NCBI GenBank assembly: GCA_965199825.1
Contig: OZ241329.1
Coordinates: 768,001-832,000 of the forward strand
Direction of reading: 5' to 3'
DNA: 64,000 bases
Source: Bdellovibrionales bacterium
GTDB taxonomy: Bacteria > Bdellovibrionota > Bdellovibrionia > Bdellovibrionales > UBA1609
Position numbers and translations under genes: made by a program. The notes under the pieces were generated by a model, which was not told the origin of the DNA, did not search any database, and worked only from the letters and a program-made list of their open reading frames with translations. Positions 1-10,610 of the stretch are shown one piece after another; position 1 is the stretch's first letter, and the number at the start of each line of letters is the position of its first letter.

Positions 1-287
1 ATCGGCCAAGGGCAGTACCAGACACCCAGTTTAGCGCTTTAACTCAATAAACTGTTTCGATTTAAGACGTCGAATTCTACTACAAAAAAAGAACTTTCCG
101 CCTTTAAAACTGAACTCTTTAAAACCAAAAAGGCTTGTGTTCCTTAAGAGTTCAGCCGGAATCAAAACGCAAACTATCAAACAACTAAACATATTTTTTT
201 GATAACAGTTCCAAATTCAACACCGCCGACCAACACAGCTTAAGTGCTTGATCAAAGGAGCGGTATCGAGATTGCTCAGTCAAGGAC

Positions 288-1034
288 ATGAGCAAAACTA
301 TTTTTATTCAGAGCTTGTCTCTTTTGGCATTAATTCTTTCGACTCAAGCTTGCTCGAAAGTAAATTTCAATACAGGTCAAAATGGCAGCGCAGACAGCCT
401 TGCGATTTCAACCCCACTCTCTCAAACCGACAACTCCTCAGGTTCGGCACCACAAATCACTCCACCTTCTGCTGATCCTTTTCCAGCAGACGGTCAGTTT
501 GCCGAATGCTTTTATCAATTTCAGTTTTCACATGACCCGGTTGCATTTTTAAATCCAAGAAATGTGCAAAATTTTGATGCGGAATTTATTAATCTGATCC
601 AAAACGCCAACTCCGATATTGATGTCAAATCAAAAGAGTTGGACCAAGTGAATTCGGTTGAAGGCAATGTGGTTTTTGATTCGCAAGAAGTAGGTTTAAT
701 CAGCGATGTGGCAAAGTCGGTCACAGGATCTGCCGAATGCATTACCCAAATCCAGAATGTTGCAAAAGATGTGAGCGTTTCAAACCAAAACTTAAAATCG
801 GGTGAAATTGGTCAAATTCATAATGTCGAAGGCAATGTGGTCGTAAACAATTTTAATGTAAACAACATCCACGATATCCAAGGCTCACTCGCATTAAATA
901 ACAGCAACGTGATCGAGCTTGCAAACGTTGAAGGCGACGTCATCTTAACAAACGTTCGAGTGCGCTACTTGCATAACGTCAAAGGCCATATCAGTTTGAT
1001 CAATTCTGTAGTGGAGCAAAGTGATCAAAATTAA
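288..1034 (+). CDS. Hypothetical lipoprotein with C-terminal beta-solenoid-like repeats
   Basis: Lipobox-like TQAC after hydrophobic stretch; recurring (N/H/S)V(E/K)G(N/D/H)V motifs. Confidence 0.7.
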   Translation: MSKTIFIQSLSLLALILSTQACSKVNFNTGQNGSADSLAISTPLSQTDNSSGSAPQITPPSADPFPADGQFAECFYQFQFSHDPVAFLNPRNVQNFDAEFINLIQNANSDIDVKSKELDQVNSVEGNVVFDSQEVGLISDVAKSVTGSAECITQIQNVAKDVSVSNQNLKSGEIGQIHNVEGNVVVNNFNVNNIHDIQGSLALNNSNVIELANVEGDVILTNVRVRYLHNVKGHISLINSVVEQSDQN

Positions 1035-2218
1035 TCTTTGCGAAACCAGATCTCGGTTAAAAAATAAATAAATCCAACAGTCGGCAATGCCGACCCGACG
1101 ATTGAAGTGAGCGCCCAACCACCCTTATCAAAAGACCAGGCTCCGATAAATGAACCAAAGGCTCCACCCACAAAAATCACAGCAATATACAAACTGTTAA
1201 GTCGAGCCCGCAGTTCAGCAGGAAGAGCAAAGATCTCGCGCTGACCCAATACAAGGTTTGCACTCACACCCGCATCAAGTAACACCGCACCCAGCGTGAG
1301 AAGTCCGATGGAAGTTGGTGTGCCGAGACTTGAAAATCGAGTGAGCAAAAAAGAAATCGCTCCAGCTAAGAATGCACAGGCTGTTGCCCGATCTGTTTTA
1401 CCTCGATCGGCCATGCGACCAACGATCGGAGCTGACACCGCACCCGTCACTCCTACAAGTGCGAATACCGCAATTGCTGTTTGTGAAAAATGAAAGTCGG
1501 GACCCAAAAGCAAAAGCGGCACCGCGGTCCAAAACAAACAAAACGATGAAAACATGCAAGCCTGATAAATCGCGCGACGCCGAAGCACCGGATACTTCCA
1601 CAAGAGGGTCGACATGGATTTAAGGAGATCAATATATTTTAGTGACAAAGCTTGTGGCTGCCTTGGCGGCAAAACAAAATAGAGAACCCCAAAAAGTAAA
1701 ATCATGAGTGCTGTAGAAAAATAAAATACCGAATGCCACGAGACCAGGTCAGTTAAAAAACCCGCGATAGGGCGAGAAAGCATGATCCCAATCATCAGCC
1801 CACTCATTAGATTGCCAACCACCTGCCCGCGAATTTGTGGCGGCGAAAAGTGGGTGGCATAAGGAACAATGATTTGGATCGCCGAGACCCCCACCCCTAA
1901 AAAAAATGCCGCCATAAAATAAGTCACAACTTGGGTTGAAAATCCGATCGCCACCAAAGCAAACGTTGCCACACCGATCAGCGATAAGATCACCCGTCGA
2001 TTTTCGACAAGATCGGCGAGCGGCACCAAAAATAAAACTCCGCAACCATAGCCAATTTGTGTGAGGGTCACCACTAAGCCTGCAGACGACAATTCGAGCG
2101 CAAGAGATTTGGCAATCATCGCGGTCAGAGGCTGAGCGTAATACAGATTCGCCGCAAGGATACCCACACTCACTCCTAAAAGGAGATTGAGTTTTTTAGA
2201 CAGATTTTGATTATTCAT
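1031..2218 (-). CDS. MFS transporter
   Basis: ~12 hydrophobic segments; LYYAQP, PLADLVENRR, GRMADRG motifs. Confidence 0.9.
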   Translation of the reverse strand: MNNQNLSKKLNLLLGVSVGILAANLYYAQPLTAMIAKSLALELSSAGLVVTLTQIGYGCGVLFLVPLADLVENRRVILSLIGVATFALVAIGFSTQVVTYFMAAFFLGVGVSAIQIIVPYATHFSPPQIRGQVVGNLMSGLMIGIMLSRPIAGFLTDLVSWHSVFYFSTALMILLFGVLYFVLPPRQPQALSLKYIDLLKSMSTLLWKYPVLRRRAIYQACMFSSFCLFWTAVPLLLLGPDFHFSQTAIAVFALVGVTGAVSAPIVGRMADRGKTDRATACAFLAGAISFLLTRFSSLGTPTSIGLLTLGAVLLDAGVSANLVLGQREIFALPAELRARLNSLYIAVIFVGGAFGSFIGAWSFDKGGWALTSIVGSALPTVGFIYFLTEIWFRKD

Positions 2219-2268
2219 ATTGGAAGACCTTAGTCTTTAACGATGCCGAGGGCAAGATTGCGATCTGT

Positions 2269-2997
2269 TTAGTTGAGCTTTTGTCCACTTAACAAAATCT
2301 GACAACCAATCTCCTTGCCGCCTTTTTTCAGCGATGGCAAATGGGTTTCAAAATTTTTAAAATAAGCATTTGCCTCTAAGTGCTGAACTTTTAGTATTGA
2401 TCCTAAATATAACAGAATGGTGTAACCAATGCTTTGTGCGGGTGATATCGCTAAGCCTTCAATAGTGAGATAAAGGGCTTTGATTTGCCAATTCTCCCGA
2501 CGACTTCTTAAAATATTTTTAACAAGATCAAATATTTTTAAAGCGTTTTGGTTGTCTGCATTGTGACCGGTCGACCAAACCCCTCGCTCAAGTTTTTGTC
2601 TTAAAACGAGTTCGTTAAAAACTTCAAGCTCGTCGTCCGAATGCTCGGCTCCGATATTGAATATCCCACGCAATGCTAAAAGATCAAATTTTTCAAAAGG
2701 GACAACGGAATCGTCCAGCGCAAACGCGCGCTGGAAATTAAGAAATGCTTCTAAATAAAATTTATTGTGTAGAGCGTTCCATCCAATTACCGACGAGGTT
2801 TCTCTCATCAAACTCTGTCCCTGACGTCTGGTTTCTGGAATATCCAAGAAGCCCCGGCCCTTTTCGAGATCATAATGGAGTTGATCAAGCTCCATTCGGT
2901 ACTCCGTCGAACATTTAGGACCATGCCACCAGGGTTGCGCAGCGGCCGAAAGACTAAAAAAACTAACAAACAAAAATGATTTAAGCTGTAGCTTCAC
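2269..2997 (-). CDS. Hypothetical secreted protein
   Basis: 242 aa ORF with signal peptide ending SAAA; overlaps upstream MFS gene. Confidence 0.65.
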   Translation of the reverse strand: MKLQLKSFLFVSFFSLSAAAQPWWHGPKCSTEYRMELDQLHYDLEKGRGFLDIPETRRQGQSLMRETSSVIGWNALHNKFYLEAFLNFQRAFALDDSVVPFEKFDLLALRGIFNIGAEHSDDELEVFNELVLRQKLERGVWSTGHNADNQNALKIFDLVKNILRSRRENWQIKALYLTIEGLAISPAQSIGYTILLYLGSILKVQHLEANAYFKNFETHLPSLKKGGKEIGCQILLSGQKLN

Positions 2998-4156
2998 TTT
3001 TTGTCTCTTTAAAAATGGTTAGAAACATTGTAGCTCCAAGGGATGCCAATCCTGCGAGAATAAAAAAGGTGGTGGTAAAACCTAAATTTTCGGTACCAAA
3101 CCCTTGTGCTAATGGACCAATAAAACTTCCCATCGCAAGCATCGTTTGGGCAAGCCCCATCAAGGTATTAAAGCCGCCCTTTCCTTTTGTAAGGTCATGA
3201 GCAATCAGGGCAATCACAACTCCATAAATTCCAGAGCCAATCCCATCAAGGGCTTGAATTGCGATCAATGCGGTTTGATTCGAGGTCAATGCGGTAAGAA
3301 TAATTCGTACAGGAAGGGCAAAAAATCCGATCAAAAATAAATTCTTACGCCCCATTGTGTCGCCATATTTACCTGCGAGCAAAGCCACCGGAATCATCAC
3401 ACCCTGCGAAATTAAAATTGCCACACCCGCGAGATTGTCATTACCGCCTAGTTTTTTGATGTAGAGGCCAACCATTGGAAGGATTGGCGCATTGGCCGCA
3501 TGAAAACAAAAAACACAACCGAGCAAAATCAAAACCTGTGGATTTTTAAGAGGGTTTGCTGGTTTTGTTTCAGAGTCGGCTTGTTTTTTTGTTGGATTGA
3601 GATCACCACTTTTGATCATGCTCAATGCGAGTGCCGCAATCACAGAAGAAAATGCGGTGGTATAAAAAATGGCTTCTGTCCCAATGAGTTGAACAATTGC
3701 TAAAGCAAAAAGTGCCACAACAATTTTGCCCGCATGATTCCAGGCCTGATTCATTCCTGTTATTGCAGAAAATCGTTTGGGTCCTACGAGCGCCATAGCA
3801 AGAGTCGCTAAAAGCGGCATGTAAAACGCACTGCTTGCACCTGCTGTAAACATTAATGATTTAATCATCCAAGGGGTTTTGGTGAGTGGCAGCAAAACAA
3901 TGCTTGCTCCGGTTAGAAGCGACATTCCGGCTAATAGACCTCGATGCGCTTTTACCAAATCACAAATGTAGCCCGCGGGGGCTTGAAAAAATAAAATGCC
4001 AAGACCAGCCATTGCGGCGGCAACGCCGACTTCGCTGTAGCTCCAGCCTAAACCTTTAAGATAAACAGCTAAAAAGGGTGTAACCACAGCGGCGATTTCG
4101 GCGAGAAAAAAATTAGTTGCGTTAAGTGCGACAAGACTTTGTTTTGATGTAGACAT
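2981..4156 (-). CDS. MFS transporter
   Basis: Hydrophobic 391 aa; GYICD and GKYGDTMGRK MFS motif-A variants. Confidence 0.88.
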   Translation of the reverse strand: MSTSKQSLVALNATNFFLAEIAAVVTPFLAVYLKGLGWSYSEVGVAAAMAGLGILFFQAPAGYICDLVKAHRGLLAGMSLLTGASIVLLPLTKTPWMIKSLMFTAGASSAFYMPLLATLAMALVGPKRFSAITGMNQAWNHAGKIVVALFALAIVQLIGTEAIFYTTAFSSVIAALALSMIKSGDLNPTKKQADSETKPANPLKNPQVLILLGCVFCFHAANAPILPMVGLYIKKLGGNDNLAGVAILISQGVMIPVALLAGKYGDTMGRKNLFLIGFFALPVRIILTALTSNQTALIAIQALDGIGSGIYGVVIALIAHDLTKGKGGFNTLMGLAQTMLAMGSFIGPLAQGFGTENLGFTTTFFILAGLASLGATMFLTIFKETKSEATA

Positions 4157-4232
4157 GAGTTTACGTACTACAGAAGCGTATCAATAGCTTCTGCAAATTC
4201 ATGCCATGAAAAAACAATTAAAGGTGCCAGCT

Positions 4233-5402
4233 TTAATTCTTAATTACAAATTTCACACACTTATCTTGTTTCTTTTGCCACATTTCATAGGCATTGGCGG
4301 CCTCATCGATTCCAATTCTATGTGTGATCAAAAAAGTGGGATCAATTTTATCTTCAAGAATCAAATCCAAAAGTGGCTTCATGTACTTTTGCATATGGGT
4401 TTGACCCATTTTAAAAGTGAGACCTTTTGCCATTGCCGCACCAAAAGGCATTTTATCAAGCAGGCCACCATAGACTCCAGGGATTGAAACGGTTCCACCT
4501 TTGCGACAAGCAAGCATTGCTTGGCGGAGCGCAATGGGACGATCCGTCTCCATCATCAACATCGTTTTTGCTTTGTCATAAGCCACTTGCACACCCGTTC
4601 CATGAGCTTCCATTCCAACAGCATCGATACAACTGTCTGGACCACGCCCACCAGTTCGAGATCTCAGTTCGTCAAGCACATCGAGTTCTTCATAATTGAT
4701 AGTTTCAGCACCACAGTAAGTTTCGGCCATCTGAAGGCGCTCGGGAAATCGATCGATCGCAATCACTTTTTCTGCACCCAAAAGATAAGCACTTTTAATG
4801 GCGAATAATCCAACCGGACCGCAACCCCAAACTGCCACGGTGTCGCCACGTTTTATTTTGCAGTTTTCGGCAGCCATATATCCCGTAGGAAAAATATCAC
4901 TTAAGAATAAAACTTTTTCGTCTTCAATATCGCGCGGGACTTGTAAAGGTCCAACATCGGCATAAGGAACCCTTGCGTATTCGGCTTGGCCACCAGCATA
5001 TCCACCATAAAGATGTGAAAATCCAAACAGCCCTGCAGTGGATGCTCCGTTTGCTGTCTCGCAAAGCTCAGCATTTGGGTTGCTGTTATCACACAATGAG
5101 TACTCATCTTGTGAACAATGGTAGCAGCTGCCACAAGACAGTGTGAAAGGGACCACCACTTTATCGCCCACTTTTAATTTTTTAACATCCTTTGCGACTT
5201 CAACAACTTCACCCATAAACTCGTGACCAAGAATATCGCCTTTTTTCATCGTCGGTACAAATCCACCATACAAATGAAGGTCAGATCCACAAATTGCGGT
5301 GGTGGTAATCCGGATAATCGCATCCCCATGAGCCAAGATTCTTGGCTCTGGTACATTTTCGACTTTAAGACTGCGAGTCCCCTGCCATGTTACTGCTCTC
5401 AT
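4233..5402 (-). CDS. Zinc-dependent alcohol dehydrogenase (formaldehyde dehydrogenase-like, YbdR type)
   Basis: ICGSDLH, GHEFMG, CGSCYHC...C, GCGPVG motifs. Confidence 0.93.
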   Translation of the reverse strand: MRAVTWQGTRSLKVENVPEPRILAHGDAIIRITTTAICGSDLHLYGGFVPTMKKGDILGHEFMGEVVEVAKDVKKLKVGDKVVVPFTLSCGSCYHCSQDEYSLCDNSNPNAELCETANGASTAGLFGFSHLYGGYAGGQAEYARVPYADVGPLQVPRDIEDEKVLFLSDIFPTGYMAAENCKIKRGDTVAVWGCGPVGLFAIKSAYLLGAEKVIAIDRFPERLQMAETYCGAETINYEELDVLDELRSRTGGRGPDSCIDAVGMEAHGTGVQVAYDKAKTMLMMETDRPIALRQAMLACRKGGTVSIPGVYGGLLDKMPFGAAMAKGLTFKMGQTHMQKYMKPLLDLILEDKIDPTFLITHRIGIDEAANAYEMWQKKQDKCVKFVIKN

Positions 5403-5411
5403 AAAATCTCC

Positions 5412-5960
5412 TTAGTGGGTGTAGTTTTGGCCACCACGAGGTTGGCCTTCTGTTGTTGCGATAAATCCGACTTCCATTAATGCTTTTAATCGTCTTAAAT
5501 CTCTCTTCACCACTTGCTGGGGGGATTCGTTCAATATTTTTTCGATAAAATTTGTGACAACTCCACCTGGAGGTTGATAGGTGCCTGTGACACAGACGTC
5601 TGTGCCGCGACCGAAGCTTAATTCTTTAAAAGTCACATCGCCCACATGAGCTACAGTTGAGCCCTCGAGCGATTTCCAAGCAATCAATGATCCTGGAATA
5701 TCTTGAATGATTTCGCTTTCCCACGTCACACCAATTTGACCCTTGAGAGCAGACCAACTCCAGTTCGACGTTTTATCGTCACGAACTATAATTGATGAAA
5801 GATGCGACATAAACTGGGGAAGATTTTTTTGATCGCGCCAAAATTTATAAATCTTTTCGGCCGAGGCAAGTATGGTCAGTGTACTTTGAAACTGAATTCC
5901 ATTTTTTATCTCTTCTGTGAGCCTTGCAGTTTGATCAGACTTTGCGGATTGCTGTTGCAT
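5412..5960 (-). CDS. SRPBCC / cyclase-dehydrase family protein
   Basis: YKFWRDQKNLPQFMSHL, IAWKS, DLRRLKALME; typical partner of the adjacent dehydrogenase. Confidence 0.85.
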   Translation of the reverse strand: MQQQSAKSDQTARLTEEIKNGIQFQSTLTILASAEKIYKFWRDQKNLPQFMSHLSSIIVRDDKTSNWSWSALKGQIGVTWESEIIQDIPGSLIAWKSLEGSTVAHVGDVTFKELSFGRGTDVCVTGTYQPPGGVVTNFIEKILNESPQQVVKRDLRRLKALMEVGFIATTEGQPRGGQNYTH

Positions 5961-5988
5961 GATGAAGCTCCTTTTTAATATTCATTGC

Positions 5989-6004
5989 TGCAATGAGAGA
6001 GCCA
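5989..6004 (-). promoter_or_regulatory. Candidate sigma-54 promoter
   Basis: Minus strand TGGCTC-N5-TTGCA, ~30 bp upstream of the SRPBCC start. Confidence 0.5.
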
Positions 6005-6103
6005 CGTTCAATTCGGCCAACATTTGAATTGGTATTGATTGTGCGGGGCAGTTGTCCCTTTCACGTCTCATTTCTCTTATTGTCTCCACTCTCACTTTAA
6101 GTT

Positions 6104-7366
6104 TTGTTAGATAAAATTATGGCTCGATCGAAAAGTTTGAGTATGGCAACAAAACTTTATCTTATCGTTGGTGTTCTGGGCGCGCTGATCACTCTCGAAA
6201 TGTTTGCCCTCCAATTTTCATTAAACAAATTCGGAGTCGTTCGCCTTTTACTCGAAAATCAAACCGCACTCGTCGGCGAGATCTCATGGTTTGAGCGCGT
6301 TACAACTGCAATTGTTTTTCCAATCGTCCTGATTTTCACGGTGTTGGCGGTGATTTGTCATATGCATGTTGTGCGCAATCTTGTTTTTAGATTGAACACA
6401 TTGAGTCGGGCTGCCGAAATGTTGGGGCACGGCGATTTTTCTTATCGCATCAAAGGAGAAGTCGAAGACGAGATTGGGCAGTTCGCCTACTCGATCAATC
6501 GCATGGCCTCAACTCTTGAGCATTTTTATCGAGATCTTGAAGGTGTTGTCGCAGTGCGAACGAAGGAATTGACCGACCTCGCATTAGATAACGAAAACCT
6601 CTATAAAAAAACAAAAAAAGCCCTTAATGAGCGTGATGATTTTTTAAGCATCGCTTCTCACGAACTCAAAACCCCATTGACCGCATTGATCCTTCAACTG
6701 CAGATGGCCTTAAGAGCCGAAAATAAAAAACCCGATCAGGGTCAAAGTGCACTTGTCGAAAAGTCATTAACCCAAGCAAGCAAATTAGCCGACTTGATCG
6801 AACAATTGCTCGATTTGACGCGCATTCATTCGGGTCAATTTAGTTTACAAGTTGAACCTTCCGATTTTTCGGCGATTGTGCTCGAAGGTATCCAGCAATT
6901 TCAGATCGAGGCGCGTCGAATGGGAATCACCCTTTCGCTCACAGGCGACACCCAAATTTTGGGCAATTGGGATCCTTTAAGATTAACTCAAGTAATTTCG
7001 AATCTTTTAACTAACGCTCTCAAATACGGTGGGCAAAAACCAATCGAGATTCACGTGAGCCATCACTCAGGAAATGCCATCCTTCAGGTTCGCGATCACG
7101 GCGAGGGCATCGCAAAAGAAAGTTTGCCCACAATCTTTGACCGATTCGAAAGGGTTAAAAATCCGATCGCACGTCCAGGACTAGGGCTTGGTCTTTATAT
7201 CACGAAGCAAATTGTTGAAGCTCACGGTGGTTCAATCAAGGTCAAAAGCGAAGTGGGTGTCGGCACAACCTTTACGGTGAGTTTGCCTTTAAATAATTAT
7301 AATAAGAAAGCAGACGATCGTTTTTTGGAAACTTCACCAAGGCTTGCTCCTCCAGAAATGCTTTAG
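6104..7366 (+). CDS. HAMP-domain sensor histidine kinase (start may be ATG 6119)
   Basis: Two TM helices, HAMP, SHELKTPL H-box, NLLTNALKY, DHGEGI, GLGLGL. Confidence 0.93.
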   Translation: MLDKIMARSKSLSMATKLYLIVGVLGALITLEMFALQFSLNKFGVVRLLLENQTALVGEISWFERVTTAIVFPIVLIFTVLAVICHMHVVRNLVFRLNTLSRAAEMLGHGDFSYRIKGEVEDEIGQFAYSINRMASTLEHFYRDLEGVVAVRTKELTDLALDNENLYKKTKKALNERDDFLSIASHELKTPLTALILQLQMALRAENKKPDQGQSALVEKSLTQASKLADLIEQLLDLTRIHSGQFSLQVEPSDFSAIVLEGIQQFQIEARRMGITLSLTGDTQILGNWDPLRLTQVISNLLTNALKYGGQKPIEIHVSHHSGNAILQVRDHGEGIAKESLPTIFDRFERVKNPIARPGLGLGLYITKQIVEAHGGSIKVKSEVGVGTTFTVSLPLNNYNKKADDRFLETSPRLAPPEML

Positions 7367-8807
7367 CCTCACTCAGCTTATTTTGTTTGATCAAAATTCC
7401 GGCCAAATTTTCAAATGCTAGATAATAGTCACCGTTAGCAATACTCTTTTGATAACAGTCTTGGGCCTCGCTCAACTTATTTTCTCGCTCAAAGGTCGCA
7501 CCTAAATTATTCCAGTTTGTGGTCCAAATCGGCTTATACTCAATCGAAAGTTTAAAATGCTCTTGAGCTTCTTTGATGAGACCTCGTCGAAAAAGTTCAA
7601 CCCCTAAATTGTTCTGCAAAATATAGGATTCAGGATCAACCCTCACATCATGAGCATAAAGAGTAAAACCATCTTGCCAATCGAGTGAACGTGAATAGGA
7701 TCGAACTGCAAATGCGAACCCGCAAACCCAAACAAGTGGGATATATTGCTTTTTAAAATTACTAAATAAAAATCCCAAGAGTCCAACCATCGGAAAATAA
7801 AACCAGCGATCCGCCACTGTTCCATCAAGCGGAATTATGATTTGCGAGTGCAGCCCCAACCCGATCAACAGCCAAAATAAAAAAAACAGCGAAGATTGCT
7901 GTTTGTGTCTAAAATAAATAAACCCAAGGCTTGCCGCAATGAGTGCAATCAAAACAAAATATAAAAATGCGGTGGACACATCGTGGATTACCCAGTCTTG
8001 GGTGCCGGTAAGATGAAGTGGAAAAACAAAATCGGCAAAATAATGAAATATTGCTTTTGTGGAAGTCATCATTCTCCCAAAAATCGACACTTGCCCAATG
8101 GCCACAATTTTATCCGACGCATGAGTGAGGCCTGCTCCAAAAAAACGCAAAAATAAATATCCCAAAGCGACCCCAAATACAGACAACCGATATCCGCGAT
8201 GCCGACTATGGCAAAAATATCGATCCACTACCAGTGCCAAAAACAAAAATAATGCACCTGACTCTTTGCTTAACAATGAAAGCAGAATAAAAAAGGCACT
8301 CCAATAGAGCTGTCTTTTAAAGACAAAAATCAAACTCAATAATCCGAAAAACAAAAACAGTACGTCTTGGAGATCTGCAATATAAACCACAGCCTCGGTA
8401 TTCATCGGATGAACCAAAAATATGAGGGCCGCAAAAAATGCTGAGCTGATCGGAAGCAAAAAACAAAACATCAAATAAATGAGGTAGCTATTGACCGCAT
8501 GGAGCGTGATTTGAAAAAGATGAAACGGCACTGGACTATTTGGTGCGATTTGCCACAGAAGCGCATAGGCACTCATCATCAAAGGTTTAAAATAAATACC
8601 TCCCAGCTTATCGCTTCCCGCCCCATTCATTGTTGACATGGTAAAAAATTGGGGAATATTTTTGATGCTGTGGACCTTTTGATTCAATAAAATTTGTTCC
8701 TCATCGTCCATCACAAATTCATTGCTGACAGATCGGCCATAAATGACAAATGCCAAACTTAAAAACACAAAGAGAAATTTCATTTTGCCATCATATCTTG
8801 CCTGCAA
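7272..8807 (-). CDS. TMTC-like multi-pass glycosyltransferase with C-terminal TPRs
   Basis: FVMDD, YFKPL, FLVHPMNTEAVVYI, LLSKESG, ADRWFYFP, TPR tail. Confidence 0.75.
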   Translation of the reverse strand: MQARYDGKMKFLFVFLSLAFVIYGRSVSNEFVMDDEEQILLNQKVHSIKNIPQFFTMSTMNGAGSDKLGGIYFKPLMMSAYALLWQIAPNSPVPFHLFQITLHAVNSYLIYLMFCFLLPISSAFFAALIFLVHPMNTEAVVYIADLQDVLFLFFGLLSLIFVFKRQLYWSAFFILLSLLSKESGALFLFLALVVDRYFCHSRHRGYRLSVFGVALGYLFLRFFGAGLTHASDKIVAIGQVSIFGRMMTSTKAIFHYFADFVFPLHLTGTQDWVIHDVSTAFLYFVLIALIAASLGFIYFRHKQQSSLFFLFWLLIGLGLHSQIIIPLDGTVADRWFYFPMVGLLGFLFSNFKKQYIPLVWVCGFAFAVRSYSRSLDWQDGFTLYAHDVRVDPESYILQNNLGVELFRRGLIKEAQEHFKLSIEYKPIWTTNWNNLGATFERENKLSEAQDCYQKSIANGDYYLAFENLAGILIKQNKLSEAKAFLEEQALVKFPKNDRLLSYYNYLKANSP

Positions 8808-8831
8808 TAAAAGTTAAGTCTAGAAGCGGAT

Positions 8832-10610
8832 ATGGCTGTTTTAATTTCTGCTTTTAAAATCGAAAAAACTTTTGGCGCTCAAGTCTTGTTTGAGGATCTC
8901 ACTTTTTCTATCGAGAGTGATCATCGTGTTGGACTCATTGGACCCAATGGTGCTGGAAAGTCGACTCTTTTAAAGATTTTAAGTGGTCACCAAAAAGTGG
9001 ATGCAGGCTCCATCAGCAGGGCAAATCATTTGTGTTTAGGTTATTTGGAGCAAAATCCGGTTTTTGATCCAACAGACACCGTATTTACCGCGATCATTAG
9101 TGGAGCCGAAGATCCTTATGATAGCGAAACCTTGAGCTTCGCAAGCGAACTCGTTTCGAGATTAAATCTTGAATCCACCGAGGCTGGGAGTGACCGGTTG
9201 GTCAGTGAGCTTTCGGGTGGCTGGAAAAAGCGGGTGGCACTTGCGCGCGAACTTGCCAAGCGACCAAATCTTTTGATGCTTGATGAACCGACCAACCATT
9301 TGGATCTTGAAAGTATCGAGTGGCTCGAAGATTTTTTAAATGAACAACCGCAACTTGCGGTTTTGACCGTGACCCATGATCGACTCTTTTTGCAAAACAC
9401 CTGTAACACCATTTTTGATTTAGATCGTCGCAATCCCGATGGGCTTATCAAGTTCTCCGGGTCCTATGCCGACTTTACCGATTTTAAAGAAGCCAATATT
9501 ACCGCGCTTAAAAATTTGGAATTGAGTCGTAAAAATCTTTTGCGTCGAGAAACCGAGTGGCTTCGCCGTGGGGCCAAAGCCCGACAGACTAAACAAAAAT
9601 CGAGAATAGAGCGAGCTGGAGATTTAAAAGACCAGGTCGATCAATTAAAAAATCAAAATCTAGATCGCCGCATCGATATGAACTTTGGTGAAATTGATCG
9701 CAGTCCAAAAAAATTAATCGAAGCCAAAAATATCACCAAGCGATTTCATGATCGTACGTTGTTTGAGGATTTTTCTTTTTTGCTTGGACCAAAAACACGC
9801 CTTGGAATTTTGGGTAAAAACGGATGTGGCAAATCCACTTTAATTCGGATTTTATTGGGCCTTGAGCAACCGGATGAAGGCACTGTCACCCAATCTGACC
9901 AAGTGAAGTTTGCGTATTTTACTCAGCAAAAGGATGCTCTTGATCCAAAGTTGTCTTTACTCAAGTCGATTTGTCCTGAAGGAGATTATGTTCATCTTCA
10001 GGGACAGGCGATTTTTGCCCGATCTTACTTAGCCCGATTTCATTTTCGCAAAGATCAGATGGATATGCCCGTCGGCAAACTCTCAGGTGGCGAGCAAAGT
10101 CGAATTTTGATTGCCCAACTGATGCTTCAAACTGAGCCGGTTTTAATCCTTGATGAGCCCACCAATGATTTGGACATTGCCACACTTGATGTGCTTGAAG
10201 ACGCTTTGCGCACCTTTCCGGGCGCAGTCATCTTGGTCACCCATGATCGCTATTTTATGGATCAAGTGGCCAATCAAATATTGGCATTTAACGACGAAGG
10301 TGAAATTTTAAAATTTGCAGATTATTTCCAATGGGAATCTTACTCGCAGCAAAAAAAACTGGAGCCCGCACCCAAATCGCAAAATAAAAAAGCGAACACC
10401 CAAAAGCCAAAGACGGGCTACAAAGAGCAACGTGAACTCGATCAAATGTCACACACGATTGAGCTTGAGGAGCAGCATCTTACAGATCTCCAGGCCCTGC
10501 TTGAAAATTCAAAAAATATTGCAGAGCTTGGTCAAGCCATCGCCGATCAACAAAAAAAGATCGAAATACTTTATAAACGTTGGGACGAGTTGGAACAAAA
10601 ACCACTTTGA
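8832..10610 (+). CDS. uup: ABC-F family ATPase (Uup-like)
   Basis: Two Walker A motifs, LSGG signatures, DEPTNHLD/DEPTNDLD, C-terminal RWDELE. Confidence 0.85.
   Translation: MAVLISAFKIEKTFGAQVLFEDLTFSIESDHRVGLIGPNGAGKSTLLKILSGHQKVDAGSISRANHLCLGYLEQNPVFDPTDTVFTAIISGAEDPYDSETLSFASELVSRLNLESTEAGSDRLVSELSGGWKKRVALARELAKRPNLLMLDEPTNHLDLESIEWLEDFLNEQPQLAVLTVTHDRLFLQNTCNTIFDLDRRNPDGLIKFSGSYADFTDFKEANITALKNLELSRKNLLRRETEWLRRGAKARQTKQKSRIERAGDLKDQVDQLKNQNLDRRIDMNFGEIDRSPKKLIEAKNITKRFHDRTLFEDFSFLLGPKTRLGILGKNGCGKSTLIRILLGLEQPDEGTVTQSDQVKFAYFTQQKDALDPKLSLLKSICPEGDYVHLQGQAIFARSYLARFHFRKDQMDMPVGKLSGGEQSRILIAQLMLQTEPVLILDEPTNDLDIATLDVLEDALRTFPGAVILVTHDRYFMDQVANQILAFNDEGEILKFADYFQWESYSQQKKLEPAPKSQNKKANTQKPKTGYKEQRELDQMSHTIELEEQHLTDLQALLENSKNIAELGQAIADQQKKIEILYKRWDELEQKPL

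Noticed and set aside
7272..7366. 95-bp convergent overlap of kinase and glycosyltransferase
   Set aside because: The kinase tail is a non-conserved extension; short overlaps are common in this compact genome
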